A stretch of DNA of 64,000 nt from Myxococcota bacterium (GTDB taxonomy: Bacteria > Myxococcota_A > SURF-8 > G963663525). The translations under genes and the position numbers were made by a program. The DNA is taken from positions 1 to 64,000 of the forward strand of contig CAXXVK010000053.1 in NCBI GenBank assembly GCA_963676915.2, in the 5' to 3' direction. The notes under the pieces were generated by a model, which was not told where the DNA came from, made no database searches, and worked only from the letters and a program-made list of their open reading frames with translations. Each line of letters starts with the position of its first letter. Position 1 is the stretch's first letter. Of this stretch, positions 25,811 to 35,605 are shown in pieces.

Positions 25811-26113
25811 TTACGAATTATAATAAATACTCAAAACTATTATACCTACCAAGATTATTATATAAAAGACAACTCCATTTCTTCGGTTTCTTTCATCTTT
25901 ATTACTATTTTCAAAAGAATTCCCAAAAGTTCCATACATTGTTTTTTTCGTAAAATAGCCGGTAATATTTAATAAGCAGATCCCAAATATCCCAATAATT
26001 AGTATTGTATCCTTTACTTCATAATGCTCAAAGAAAAGGAAAACTATTACACCCCAAATAAAAGTTGGAATAAAAACCACCACCCAGTAGTTGGCTTTTA
26101 TAAAATCTTTCAT
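25811..26113 (-). CDS. Small AT-rich membrane protein, hypothetical
   Basis: 100 aa with three hydrophobic segments; much lower GC than the flanks. Confidence 0.6.
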   Translation of the reverse strand: MKDFIKANYWVVVFIPTFIWGVIVFLFFEHYEVKDTILIIGIFGICLLNITGYFTKKTMYGTFGNSFENSNKDERNRRNGVVFYIIILVGIIVLSIYYNS

Positions 26114-26189
26114 CCTACCCCATCTCGTCGCTCCAGCTTATCAACACGCAACTATTTGATACTTATAACCTTATTATACAGAGAACGCT

Positions 26190-26759
26190 TTAGAAGTGGT
26201 AATGCATACCAAAATAAACATTCCCTGCCGTCGAACTCAGCAGCACCTTGGGGTAAACGAAGAATTCCAGACCGAATTCGGTGAAAAATCCGATGGATTC
26301 CAATCCCGGGAAGAAAAATTCGACCCCCGGACCGCCCAGCACGGATAAAATATCCAGATTGTCTCCACCGGTGATGGCCGCAATTTTTCCGCCGGCATTG
26401 ATATAGAAATTGATATTCTCCTCGCTGATCAAGGTGTACCAGGCTTTTACGCCACCACCGACACCCCAGGTTTCGTCTTCACCCACAACCAGCCCGGCCA
26501 TGGATTGAATGCTCAGGACTTCCGTCAAACCGAAGCGAAAGGAAATCGCCTGCAAACCCGTGCTCAAAGCGCGGTTCGTCGCATTCGGATCAACGGCGGT
26601 ATTCGTGCCCGGAGTCGTCACGAGATTGGTTCTTCCGGTATTGAATCCCACGAGTTGGCTGGTGAACCCGAGGCCGAATTTCCCGCCCATATCCCGGGCT
26701 TGAGCCTCCACCGAAAACAGGCAAATCACTAGGACGATGACAAGTGCTATCCGTTTCAC
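26190..26759 (-). CDS. Outer-membrane beta-barrel protein
   Basis: Signal peptide (AQA), alternating amphipathic strands, C-terminal FGMHYHF. Confidence 0.75.
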   Translation of the reverse strand: MKRIALVIVLVICLFSVEAQARDMGGKFGLGFTSQLVGFNTGRTNLVTTPGTNTAVDPNATNRALSTGLQAISFRFGLTEVLSIQSMAGLVVGEDETWGVGGGVKAWYTLISEENINFYINAGGKIAAITGGDNLDILSVLGGPGVEFFFPGLESIGFFTEFGLEFFVYPKVLLSSTAGNVYFGMHYHF

Positions 26760-27751
26760 TTCGTTTCTCCTTGTTCAGGTAAAACCTCATCGGCGGTTTT
26801 GGCGGGAGCATCGGTCGCTTCGGCGGGTTCGGAAGGATTTTCCGGCGGGACATCCAACTCGACCTTCGCCGTAGGCTGCTTTTCCTGGCTGATATTTTCC
26901 ACGAGCGCCAAAAATTCTTCGTCCGGCCACAGCAGGCGAAAATCATCGTCCGACTGCAACGCTTCCATATCTCTGTATCCATTCGCCACGGCATAACGCA
27001 AAGCCTCCATGGCGCGATCACGATCCTTTGTGCGACAACGAGCGGCGGCAAGATTGATCCACGCTTGCGTCAATTCCGGCTTCAACAGCGTCACCAGCGT
27101 GAAACGGTCCTGCGCGTCGTAATAACGCCCTTGTCCCATATAGGCCACACCAAGGTTGAATTGCGTCGTCAGGTTGCTGCGATCGATCTTGACGGACTCA
27201 TCCAGTTCGGCGGCAGCCTCTTTGAACCGTCCCTGAGCGGACAACACAGCACCGAGACTGCCATGCGCGGTGGCATCCTTATCATTGCTTCTCAGGTACA
27301 CTCGATAATGGGCCTCAGCGGTGGGATAGTCGCGATCCTCGAAAGCCGCTTCGGCAAGCCGCAAGCGCGCTCCAGGATGATCCGGCACAATTTTTTGCAA
27401 GGCGACCCAGGTTTGCAGTTCTTTTTCCTCGTCTCCGGTTTTTTCGTAACAACGAGCCAGATCGACGTAGGTATCCGGGAAATCGGGTTTGAGCGCCCTC
27501 GCCTCTTCGAACTGCACACAAGCTTTTTCATAATCTTCAAGCATCCAGGAACACTGGGCTTTTCGATACACAGTAAAAAACGACCGGCCTTCGACGTTTT
27601 CGAGTTGGGTATATTCCTGATGGGCCAGATTGTATTCGCCCTTCTGAAACAGCCGATCTCCTCGCTGTCGGTGCATCTGGGTCAGGGAACAGGCCGCCAT
27701 CAGACCCAGCACCAACAACCCACCCCACACCATAAGCCCGCGCTTCATCAA
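26756..27751 (-). CDS. TPR-repeat lipoprotein
   Basis: Lipobox MAAC; multiple TPR helices; terminal AMEALRYAVANGY...SDDDF motif typical of TPR end-of-group domains. Confidence 0.8.
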   Translation of the reverse strand: MMKRGLMVWGGLLVLGLMAACSLTQMHRQRGDRLFQKGEYNLAHQEYTQLENVEGRSFFTVYRKAQCSWMLEDYEKACVQFEEARALKPDFPDTYVDLARCYEKTGDEEKELQTWVALQKIVPDHPGARLRLAEAAFEDRDYPTAEAHYRVYLRSNDKDATAHGSLGAVLSAQGRFKEAAAELDESVKIDRSNLTTQFNLGVAYMGQGRYYDAQDRFTLVTLLKPELTQAWINLAAARCRTKDRDRAMEALRYAVANGYRDMEALQSDDDFRLLWPDEEFLALVENISQEKQPTAKVELDVPPENPSEPAEATDAPAKTADEVLPEQGETK

Positions 27752-27999
27752 AAACCTCCCATACCGGATTCATCCAAAGGATGACAACATCTGAAAAACG
27801 TTGAAATATCTTATCATTGCGGTTTTTCAGGATCAAGCAATAATTACATTTAATGTAGTTTGATATTTTTCTTTTCGATGCAATATCTTTTCCGATTCGA
27901 CTTGCACCCAAAGACGGGGTAAGGTAGATCAACACATTGTGTGGTACCAGGAACGCAGGTTCCGATGATCTGTCCCGACTTTTTTTAAAAGAGGTTTTC

Positions 28000-28677
28000 A
28001 TGGCTTTAGGAAAACCGGACTGGCAAATTGTCCGTAAAAATTTTACAGCCGGTGTGCTGGTGGTGATTCCATTGGTGATGACCGTTTTCGTGCTTCGTTA
28101 CGGAGTTACGATGGTCGATGGAATGCTGGATGAGATGATTTCCTTCGTCGCTCCCTCGAAAACGCATCCGTTCTTCCGTTTTCCCGGAAGAGGATTGTTT
28201 ACTTTCCTTCTGATCACCTACCTCGTCGGCCTTATCGCACGTAATTTCTTCGGTCAGAAGCTGATCGATCTTTCCGAGCGCTTCGTGCAGCACATTCCCT
28301 TCGTGCGGTCGATTTATTCGACCTTCAAACAGATCATCCAAGCTATTTTCGATACCGGATCGCGAAGCTTCGAATCGGTCGTGCTCGTCCAGTTTCCCCA
28401 CGACGAATATTATTCGGTAGGATTCATCACCGCCCCATCCATTGACGAAGTACAGCAAAAAACGAAGATCGAAGAAGACATGGTATCGGTATTCGTTCCG
28501 ACCGCTCCGAACATCACGACCGGCTTTTTCATTCAATGTCGCCGTTCCAAAACCATTCCGCTCAACATGCCGGTGGATGAAGGCATCAAGTACGTGATTT
28601 CCTCCGGCATGGTGCATGGACAAAACAAACCGGTCCAACAGCCGGTCGATACCGGTGCAGCGAAAGAAAAGGTCTGA
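28000..28677 (+). CDS. DUF502 family membrane protein
   Basis: AGVLVVIPLVMT, IPFVRSIYSTFKQ and SVFVPTAPNITTGF motifs; GAGG RBS before the ATG. Confidence 0.9.
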   Translation: MALGKPDWQIVRKNFTAGVLVVIPLVMTVFVLRYGVTMVDGMLDEMISFVAPSKTHPFFRFPGRGLFTFLLITYLVGLIARNFFGQKLIDLSERFVQHIPFVRSIYSTFKQIIQAIFDTGSRSFESVVLVQFPHDEYYSVGFITAPSIDEVQQKTKIEEDMVSVFVPTAPNITTGFFIQCRRSKTIPLNMPVDEGIKYVISSGMVHGQNKPVQQPVDTGAAKEKV

Positions 28678-28680
28678 CGA

Positions 28681-29838
28681 ATGGAACCTGCGACCGCTCG
28701 CGAAAAAAATCGCGCGTCCCTACGGCTGACACTGATCGTCCTCATTCCATTGCTGGTCACTCTGACCGGACTGTTTTTCACGCGGGAACCTCATAATTCC
28801 CAAACCGTTGCCACTCCAACAACAGCACCGGAATTTGTCGCGAAAAACCTGCCGGGTGGAGAAAGCCATCCGAAACGAGAGCTTCCATTCGTCATGCTGT
28901 ACGGCGACCGGAAAAGCATCGGGCAAGCACACCATGGTTTGCTTGAAACCTTCTATCAACCCATGGCAAAGATTTTAGGGCAGGAAAACACCACAATCGA
29001 TTGGAGTTCCCTGGTCCCAACGGTCTTTCTGGATGAAATGGCGGAAATCGGCACAAGAACGAACCTTCCGGCAGATCGATGGGTTGCCTTGGAGGTGGCT
29101 GAACTTCCCAGAGGTGCTGCGGTGTTTTGCGCGGCGGCACGAGCAACGGGCAATACGTCGCTGATCGCCGCCGATCTTGCAAACATTTCTGCAACATCCT
29201 GGAACAACAAACCTTTCGCCGTCATGATCCGCCCCAACAAGAGGCACGCTTTCGTTTCGGTGGGACGCCCGCTGCATACCGGTGTTATCGCCGGAATGAA
29301 TGATTCGGGGCTTGTGGCAGTCCTGCTGGACGGTCCCATCGAAGACAAGCAACCGGGACGACCTTTGACACTCGTCGTCAGAGACGTGCTGGAACGGGCT
29401 TCGGTCGTGGAATCGGCGCAGCAGATTATAGAATCCGCCTCGGTGACCGGGACGGGAACCATCCTCGTCGCGGATTCCGGCAGTAAAGCCCTAGCGATAG
29501 AGGTAACTCCCCGGCTGAAAAGCCCACGCCCGCCTCAAGGACATCTCTTGCTCGCAAGCAATGCCTTCGTGGCGGAATCCTCTCCGAAACAGGAGGCGGA
29601 CGCCGCTTACCGCACTCTAGACAACCGCTTCCGCAACGCCCCGGACCGGCTCGACCCCGAAACGCTCGACAACCTTTTGGCGGGTGCGGTCCAACATGCT
29701 TCCACCAACCCGAGGCTGGTATTCGCTCCTTTGACGCGGGAACTGTATGTCTTCGATGTGACGGATTCAAAAGGCCGAACGGAAAGAGTGCATCTTTCGT
29801 TCAAAGATGATTTCGATTCCATTCGCTTCAAACCGTAA
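28681..29838 (+). CDS. C45 peptidase/acyltransferase (Ntn hydrolase)-like membrane-anchored protein, probably inactive
   Basis: GVIAGMNDSGL, VRDVLERAS, ILVADSG..ALAIEVTP and SNAF match the C45 layout; the catalytic segment is altered. Confidence 0.65.
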   Translation: MEPATAREKNRASLRLTLIVLIPLLVTLTGLFFTREPHNSQTVATPTTAPEFVAKNLPGGESHPKRELPFVMLYGDRKSIGQAHHGLLETFYQPMAKILGQENTTIDWSSLVPTVFLDEMAEIGTRTNLPADRWVALEVAELPRGAAVFCAAARATGNTSLIAADLANISATSWNNKPFAVMIRPNKRHAFVSVGRPLHTGVIAGMNDSGLVAVLLDGPIEDKQPGRPLTLVVRDVLERASVVESAQQIIESASVTGTGTILVADSGSKALAIEVTPRLKSPRPPQGHLLLASNAFVAESSPKQEADAAYRTLDNRFRNAPDRLDPETLDNLLAGAVQHASTNPRLVFAPLTRELYVFDVTDSKGRTERVHLSFKDDFDSIRFKP

Positions 29839-29883
29839 AAAGACAGCATAAAACGGAACAAAAACGAGATTGGCATCCTTGGG

Positions 29884-30342
29884 CTATTTTGCTATAAGCC
29901 GGGTTTCCCAGTCTTCACCGTGGGGAACCAGGTGCAATTCGTGACGATCTCCCGACGTTGTAAACCGGATTTCCAGCCAGGACGGCGGATGCAACTCCGG
30001 CCAGAGATCGAACCATTCCACGGCCAGAATGTCTTCTCCCTCGAAACCGTCCTCCAAACCCAACTCTTCCAGCTCTTCCAATTCTTCTAAACGATACAGA
30101 TCGTAATGCACCAACGCAGGTTTGGTTTCATAACGATTGCATAAAGCGTAGGTCGGTGAATTTACATACACTTTTTCGGGAAGTCCCAAACCTTTCGCCA
30201 AGCCTTGGACAAACGTGGTTTTCCCGCAACCGAGACAACCGACCAGCCCCAGCACGTCGCCCGGTTTCAATCGGGCCGCCAATGTTTTGGCAAACTGTCG
30301 AGTCTGCTGAGGATCGGTGGTGATGAGATGGGTTTCAATCAT
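29884..30342 (-). CDS. tsaE: tRNA threonylcarbamoyladenosine biosynthesis ATPase
   Basis: GCLGCGKTT Walker A, SPTY, HYDLYRL, VEW; follows nnr. Confidence 0.93.
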   Translation of the reverse strand: MIETHLITTDPQQTRQFAKTLAARLKPGDVLGLVGCLGCGKTTFVQGLAKGLGLPEKVYVNSPTYALCNRYETKPALVHYDLYRLEELEELEELGLEDGFEGEDILAVEWFDLWPELHPPSWLEIRFTTSGDRHELHLVPHGEDWETRLIAK

Positions 30343-31954
30343 CGGACCATCCATGGAACGGTGTCCATTCTCCCAAAACCAACGCCACTTCGTCCGCAAC
30401 TTCCGCCGCCAGCACACCTGTAGTTCCACGACGACTGGCAATGCGGTCGGCGGCATACCCATGCACATAGACTCCGGCCATCAAGGAGCGCAAAGGATCG
30501 AGCCGCCGCGCCAGCAATCCTCCGATGATCCCTGCCAGCACATCCCCGCTTCCTCCGGCAGCCAACGCAGGATTGCCGGTCGGATTGATCCAGCAGCGTC
30601 CTTCGGGACCGGCAATGATCGACCGCGCCCCCTTGAGCACGACGTGACAGCCATAGCCCTGCGCCAGATTTCTCGCCGATTCCAGACGATGAGCCTGAAT
30701 TCGATCCGGTGTGGTTTTGAGCAGACGAGCCGCCTCTCCGGGATGTGGCGTAAGCACGGTCATCGCCCCGGATTCGTGACGTTTCCCGAGGCAATGCGGA
30801 CCCAAACCTGCCAGCAGATTCAAAGCGTCGGCATCCAGTACGAGGGGCACTTCGACCACCGAAAGCAGGTCGAGCAGGGCTTCCTCTCTACGTTCCGATT
30901 GTCCCCAGCCCGGTCCGCACAGCACCGCCGTACGATTGGCCAGCGCTTCGGTCAATTCTTCAGGTCCAAGACTTTCGTCACCCGAATACAGAGCCGTCAT
31001 CGTTTCGGCATGATGGGAGGTCACAACGGAGGCGGTCGCCGAATCGCAAGCACAGGTAACAAGACCCGTTCCCGCCCGATGCGCCCCCAGACAAGCCAGC
31101 GCCGCCGCCCCGGATGTCCCCGGCGACCCCGCCAGCACCAACAGGTGACCGTAGGTTCCCTTGTGCGAATACGAGGGACGCGGAGGAACGAGGCTGCGGA
31201 CTTCTTCTTCGGTCAGCAAAAACGTATCGATGGGTGCCTGCCGTAACGCCGCTGCATCCAATGAAATATCGGCCACAACAATCTTTCCGGCGTAATCCAA
31301 TCCCGGATGGGTTGCCAGACCGAGCTTGGCCAATCCAAACGTTACGGTCACATCGGCACGAAAAGCTACCCCCAAAACGGCTCCGGTATCCGCGTGAATT
31401 CCGCTGGGCATATCCACCGCCACCCGATGAACATCCAGTGCGTTGAGAGCTTCGAGAACCTCGGCATACAGTCCCCGAACCTCTCGCTCCAATCCCGTTC
31501 CCAAGAGCGCATCGACAACCACACAACAGCTTTGCAGGCTTTCACGGATCTCCGGCCAATTGGCTTCGTCCACTTGTGTAACGGGAACCCCAAGCGCCGT
31601 TAGCCGATCGAAATTGACCTTGGCATCGCCTTTCAAACGCTGAGTGGCCCCCAACGAATACACACGTACGGAAAGTCCCTCGTCATCGAGCAACCGGGCC
31701 ACGACGTAACCATCCCCGCCATTGTTCCCCAAACCGCAGAAAATGGCTACCGGACCTTTCGCCTGAGCTTCGAGAATCTCCCGCGCCACGGCTCGTCCCG
31801 CCAGTTCCATCAGCATCAGACCCGGCAATCCCTTGTCCTCGATGCTGATCCTGTCCAACTCTCGCATCTGCCCGGCTGTGGCCAGTAAACGTTGACGAAT
31901 CTGCTTGAGGGTCAAACGCTCGATGACCGGATGGCGATAGCCTGAAGCCTCCAT
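30335..31954 (-). CDS. nnr: Bifunctional NAD(P)H-hydrate epimerase/dehydratase
   Basis: LMELAG, GLGNNGGDG, DALLGTG, SHKGTYG, LTPHPGEAARL, GGSGDVLAG. Confidence 0.95.
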   Translation of the reverse strand: MEASGYRHPVIERLTLKQIRQRLLATAGQMRELDRISIEDKGLPGLMLMELAGRAVAREILEAQAKGPVAIFCGLGNNGGDGYVVARLLDDEGLSVRVYSLGATQRLKGDAKVNFDRLTALGVPVTQVDEANWPEIRESLQSCCVVVDALLGTGLEREVRGLYAEVLEALNALDVHRVAVDMPSGIHADTGAVLGVAFRADVTVTFGLAKLGLATHPGLDYAGKIVVADISLDAAALRQAPIDTFLLTEEEVRSLVPPRPSYSHKGTYGHLLVLAGSPGTSGAAALACLGAHRAGTGLVTCACDSATASVVTSHHAETMTALYSGDESLGPEELTEALANRTAVLCGPGWGQSERREEALLDLLSVVEVPLVLDADALNLLAGLGPHCLGKRHESGAMTVLTPHPGEAARLLKTTPDRIQAHRLESARNLAQGYGCHVVLKGARSIIAGPEGRCWINPTGNPALAAGGSGDVLAGIIGGLLARRLDPLRSLMAGVYVHGYAADRIASRRGTTGVLAAEVADEVALVLGEWTPFHGWSDD

Positions 31955-31957
31955 GAT

Positions 31958-33137
31958 TCACCCTTTCTCGATACGGGATAGCACGGCCCGGACGATCTCC
32001 TCCGAGCACCCTGCTTCTTCAAGGATTTCGCGGGTATGCGCACCCTGCGCGGGAACATCGGTCTGCTCATCCAAACTCTGCCCGAAGACATCCGGCAGTG
32101 AAGGAAGCGACAACATCTCGTCACTGCCTTCGATCCTCTGTTCCTTGAACCAACCACGATCTCTGGCCAGCGGAGTATCCGGTATTTCCTCCATGTGCAA
32201 AATCGGCTCGGTGCAGCAATCGGCATCCGCCAGGAGATTGCTCCATTCCTCGAACGTGTATTTCTTGAACAATTCCCGCATCTTCTCGAATCCCGGACTC
32301 CCTTCCACGGCAGGATCGAAATGATGCTCCAGCAGGTCGGGACGCTCTACAGTCTTGCAAAACGCTTTATAGAATTTCGGTTCCAGCGCACTCAAAGAGA
32401 TGTAACGCCCGTCTTTGGTTTCGTAGATATTGTAACAAGCCAACGAACCGGTCAACATGGTCGAACCACTTCGAGGTGTCTGTCCCGTGGCACGGTCGGT
32501 ATGTCCAAACGGCATCAACATCGATGTCCAGTCGGCTATTCCAATATCGATTTTCGCCCCTTCTCCCGTAGTTTTCTGACGCAACAAGGCCGCCAGCAAC
32601 GCTCCAACGGCAGGCAATGAACCACCCGCAATGTCGGCGATCTGCGTTCCGGGCATCGTGGGAGCACCGCCCGGCGGAGCATTCAGCCCCCAAAAAGCCG
32701 CTCAACGCTACGAAGTTCAGGTCGTGACCGGCTCGATCTCGATAGATTCCCGTTTGACCGTATCCACTGATGGAACAGACGATCACCTCCGGGATTTTCT
32801 CTTTCAAGACCTCGTAACCGATCCCCAGCCGATCGAGCACACCGGGCCGAAAGCTTTCGACAATCACCGGACGATCCCGTGCCAGGTCGAAAAACGCCTC
32901 TCGCCCCTCATCGGAACGCAGATCGAGCACCACGGAACGTTTGCCCCTGTTCAGCGTTGCGAAATGCGCGCCTTGCACGCTTCCGGCAAACGGAGCCGTC
33001 CGCATGTAATCGCCTGCACCGGGATCCTCCACCTTCACCACATCCGCTCCCCAGGATTGCAGAATCCAGGTCGCAAACGGACCGGGCAACAGACGTGTCA
33101 AATCGAGAATTTTGATACCTTCCAACGGCAATGCCAT
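31958..33137 (-). CDS. CaiB/BaiF family III CoA-transferase (one frameshift near 32690)
   Basis: LEGIKILDLTRLLPGP, NRGKRS, ESFRPGV and GHDLNF, then QIADIAGG in the second frame. Confidence 0.9.
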
Positions 33138-33200
33138 AGTCGCCTCCACTTTGTTGTCTACGCTTTCCACATTAGCGGGAGCTTCGTTCCAGAACAAACG

Positions 33201-33228
33201 AAAAACGCCGGAGTGTGGCACTCCGGCG
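33201..33228 (-). terminator. Terminator at the end of the dsr cluster
   Basis: CGCCGGAGTG-N3-CACTCCGGCG stem plus TTTTT on the minus strand, 30 nt after the dsrP stop. Confidence 0.75.
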
Positions 33229-33257
33229 CAATCTTTCGCGATTTTTCGCGATTCGGC

Positions 33258-34432
33258 TCAGGCGTCTACGTGACCGCGAACCGAAAGGACGATCTTGTAC
33301 AGACCGGTCAGGATAAACATGCCGGTTGCGTAAATCGCCCACCACGAGGCCGATTTCCACCCAGGTGGGCATGTATTCGACGATGTGGCCGGTCGGATTG
33401 GGCACGAAGCCCGTAATCACAAGTCCAACACCTTTGTCGATCCACAGACCGATGAACAGCATCACGCATGCAACGGGCAAGATCTTGAAATTGTTGCGCC
33501 ATTTGGGGCACCAACAACATAATCAACGCCACGATGCACAGGAACATCGAAACCCACATAAACGGGGCCAACGAATTGAACGTATTACCCATTTTGTCAT
33601 GCAGTCCGATGAACATGTATTCGAAATGATGCATATGCTCAGGCATGTCGCTGTACAAACCGGTAAACAGTTCCAGCGCAACGAAGAACAAGTTAACCGC
33701 CAGAGCGTAGGTCGCGATAACCGCAAGCTTTTTGATCGGCTTCTCACCGGCGTCGAATCGGGTGATCTTGCGCAGCAACAGGCAGAGCAGGACCAACAGC
33801 GAGGGACCGGCGGCAAAGGCCGAGGCCAAAAAGCGCGGGGCCAGAATAGCCGTCATCCAGAAGGGGCGGCCTTCGAGTCCGGCGTACAGGAACGCCGTTA
33901 CCGTGTGAATGCTGACCGCCCAGGGGATCGACAGAATGATGATCGGTTTGATCCACTTCGGCGGGGCAACCTGCTTTTTCTCGGCGTCGAACGTGACGCG
34001 GGTGATGAGAATGTTCAGGAACAGGTATCCGTTAAGCACGAATGCATCCCAGAACAGCAGAGAATTGGGCGTCGGGTGCAAAAACAGGTTCATGGCACGA
34101 ATCGGCTGGCCGATATCGACGATAACGAACATCAGGCAGATGATGACCGACGCGATGGCGACGAACTCGCCCAGGACCGTGATTTTCCCGAAGTCCTTGT
34201 AATTGTGGAGGTAGTAGGGCAACACGACCATGACGGCACTGGCCGCCACGCCGACCATGAAGGTCAACTGGCCGATGTAGAATCCCCACGGGATGTCCCG
34301 GCTCATGCCGGTCACGCCCAGACCTTCGACGAACTGGTACAGGTAAATCAACCCGCCCATGCCCATCAGGGTCATCAGGCTGAACATCCAGATCCAGTAT
34401 CCTTTGCTTCCGCTTAATGCCTTCTCAAGCAT
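33258..34432 (-). CDS. dsrP: DsrP, NrfD/PsrC-family membrane subunit (frameshifts near the 3' end)
   Basis: GMSRDIPWGFYIGQLTFMVGVAASAV, SIPWAVSIHTVTAF, PRFLASAF, WIDKG. Confidence 0.93.
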
Positions 34433-34439
34433 GGCAACC

Positions 34440-35217
34440 TCAAACTAGGTAAAAGACGTGGGGCATGGTGCCCAAAACAGGCTTCCGGCGAATGGAGTAT
34501 CGGGACTCCAGCAGACGCCTGACCTCGGAGTTCGGATCATTGATGTCCCCGAAGGTAAGCGCACCGTCCGTACAAGCGTCAACACACGCAGGTTGCTGAC
34601 CTCTGGCCAGTCCGTTCCGCGCAGAAGTTGCACTTTTCGACGACACCCTTGGTCCGGGTCGGGAACTCGGGGTTGATCTTTTTGATGTGCGGACGCGGGT
34701 TGCGCCAGTTGAAACTACGGGAACCGTAAGGACAAGCCACGATACAGTACCGGCAACCGATGCAACGGTGCATGTCCATCATCACGATGCCGTCCTCACG
34801 CTTGAAGGTCGCCTTGGTCGGGCAGACGCGTACGCAAGGGGGACGCTCACAATGGTTGCACATGACGGGTACGGATTTTTCCTGGTACGGACGAGCAACG
34901 TATTCGTGCTCCTGGTTCGGAAATGCATTGCCGAACGGTTCGGACCAGATCCACTTGATTTTGTCCTTTTCGCGTTCCATATCGGGCACGTTGTGAATCT
35001 TGTGGCAGGCTTCGAACAGCTTCGACAGGTCTTTGCCCGCACATTTTTTCAGATCCACCACCATGGCCCAGCGCACGTCGCCCTCTTTCAAGGGTTCCCC
35101 GGGTTTGAACATATCGCCGTCGCTCAGTGGCGCGGCAAGACCTTTTGCCGAAAGTCCACCCAAAAGGGCCAGGGAGGCTCCAGCCGTCTTCAGAAATTCT
35201 CTTCTACTGCCGCCCAT
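34440..35217 (-). CDS. dsrO: DsrO, periplasmic Fe-S protein (extra base at 34611)
   Basis: Tat motif SRREFLK, CNHCERPPCVRVCP, CIGCRYCIVACP. Removing one base restores KCNFCAERLARGQQPAC. Confidence 0.93.
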
Positions 35218-35218
35218 G

Positions 35219-35605
35219 TCATATCCCCCTTGGGTTTTCGATGTGGCAATCCCAGCAGTACGGCGTCACACCCATAAAATTGTGGCACTCATCGCAGAAT
35301 TTCTCCTTGCTCTGGTGACAATGCAGACAGGTGTTCGAGAGGCTCTTGTTGTACTTCTGCCCATCCAACTCGTTGTGATACACGCGCTTGCCTTCACGCA
35401 CCACTTCGTCTCTCCAGGTGTTGAGAAGATCCATGTGGTTGGCGCGCATCCATTCTTTGTCTTTCATGCAATGCTCGCCATAGGCGGGTTTTTCGAGTTC
35501 GATCGTGTTCTGGTCGGGACTATTGGCCAGGTTGTACCAGATCGGGAAGGTGATGAGAACCAGGAAGATCACCAGCCCGGTGATGATTTTTCCACCGTCA
35601 TACAT
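35219..35605 (-). CDS. dsrJ: DsrJ triheme cytochrome c
   Basis: CLHCH, CDECH, CWDCH; MRANHMDLLNTWRDEVVR. Confidence 0.95.
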   Translation of the reverse strand: MYDGGKIITGLVIFLVLITFPIWYNLANSPDQNTIELEKPAYGEHCMKDKEWMRANHMDLLNTWRDEVVREGKRVYHNELDGQKYNKSLSNTCLHCHQSKEKFCDECHNFMGVTPYCWDCHIENPRGI

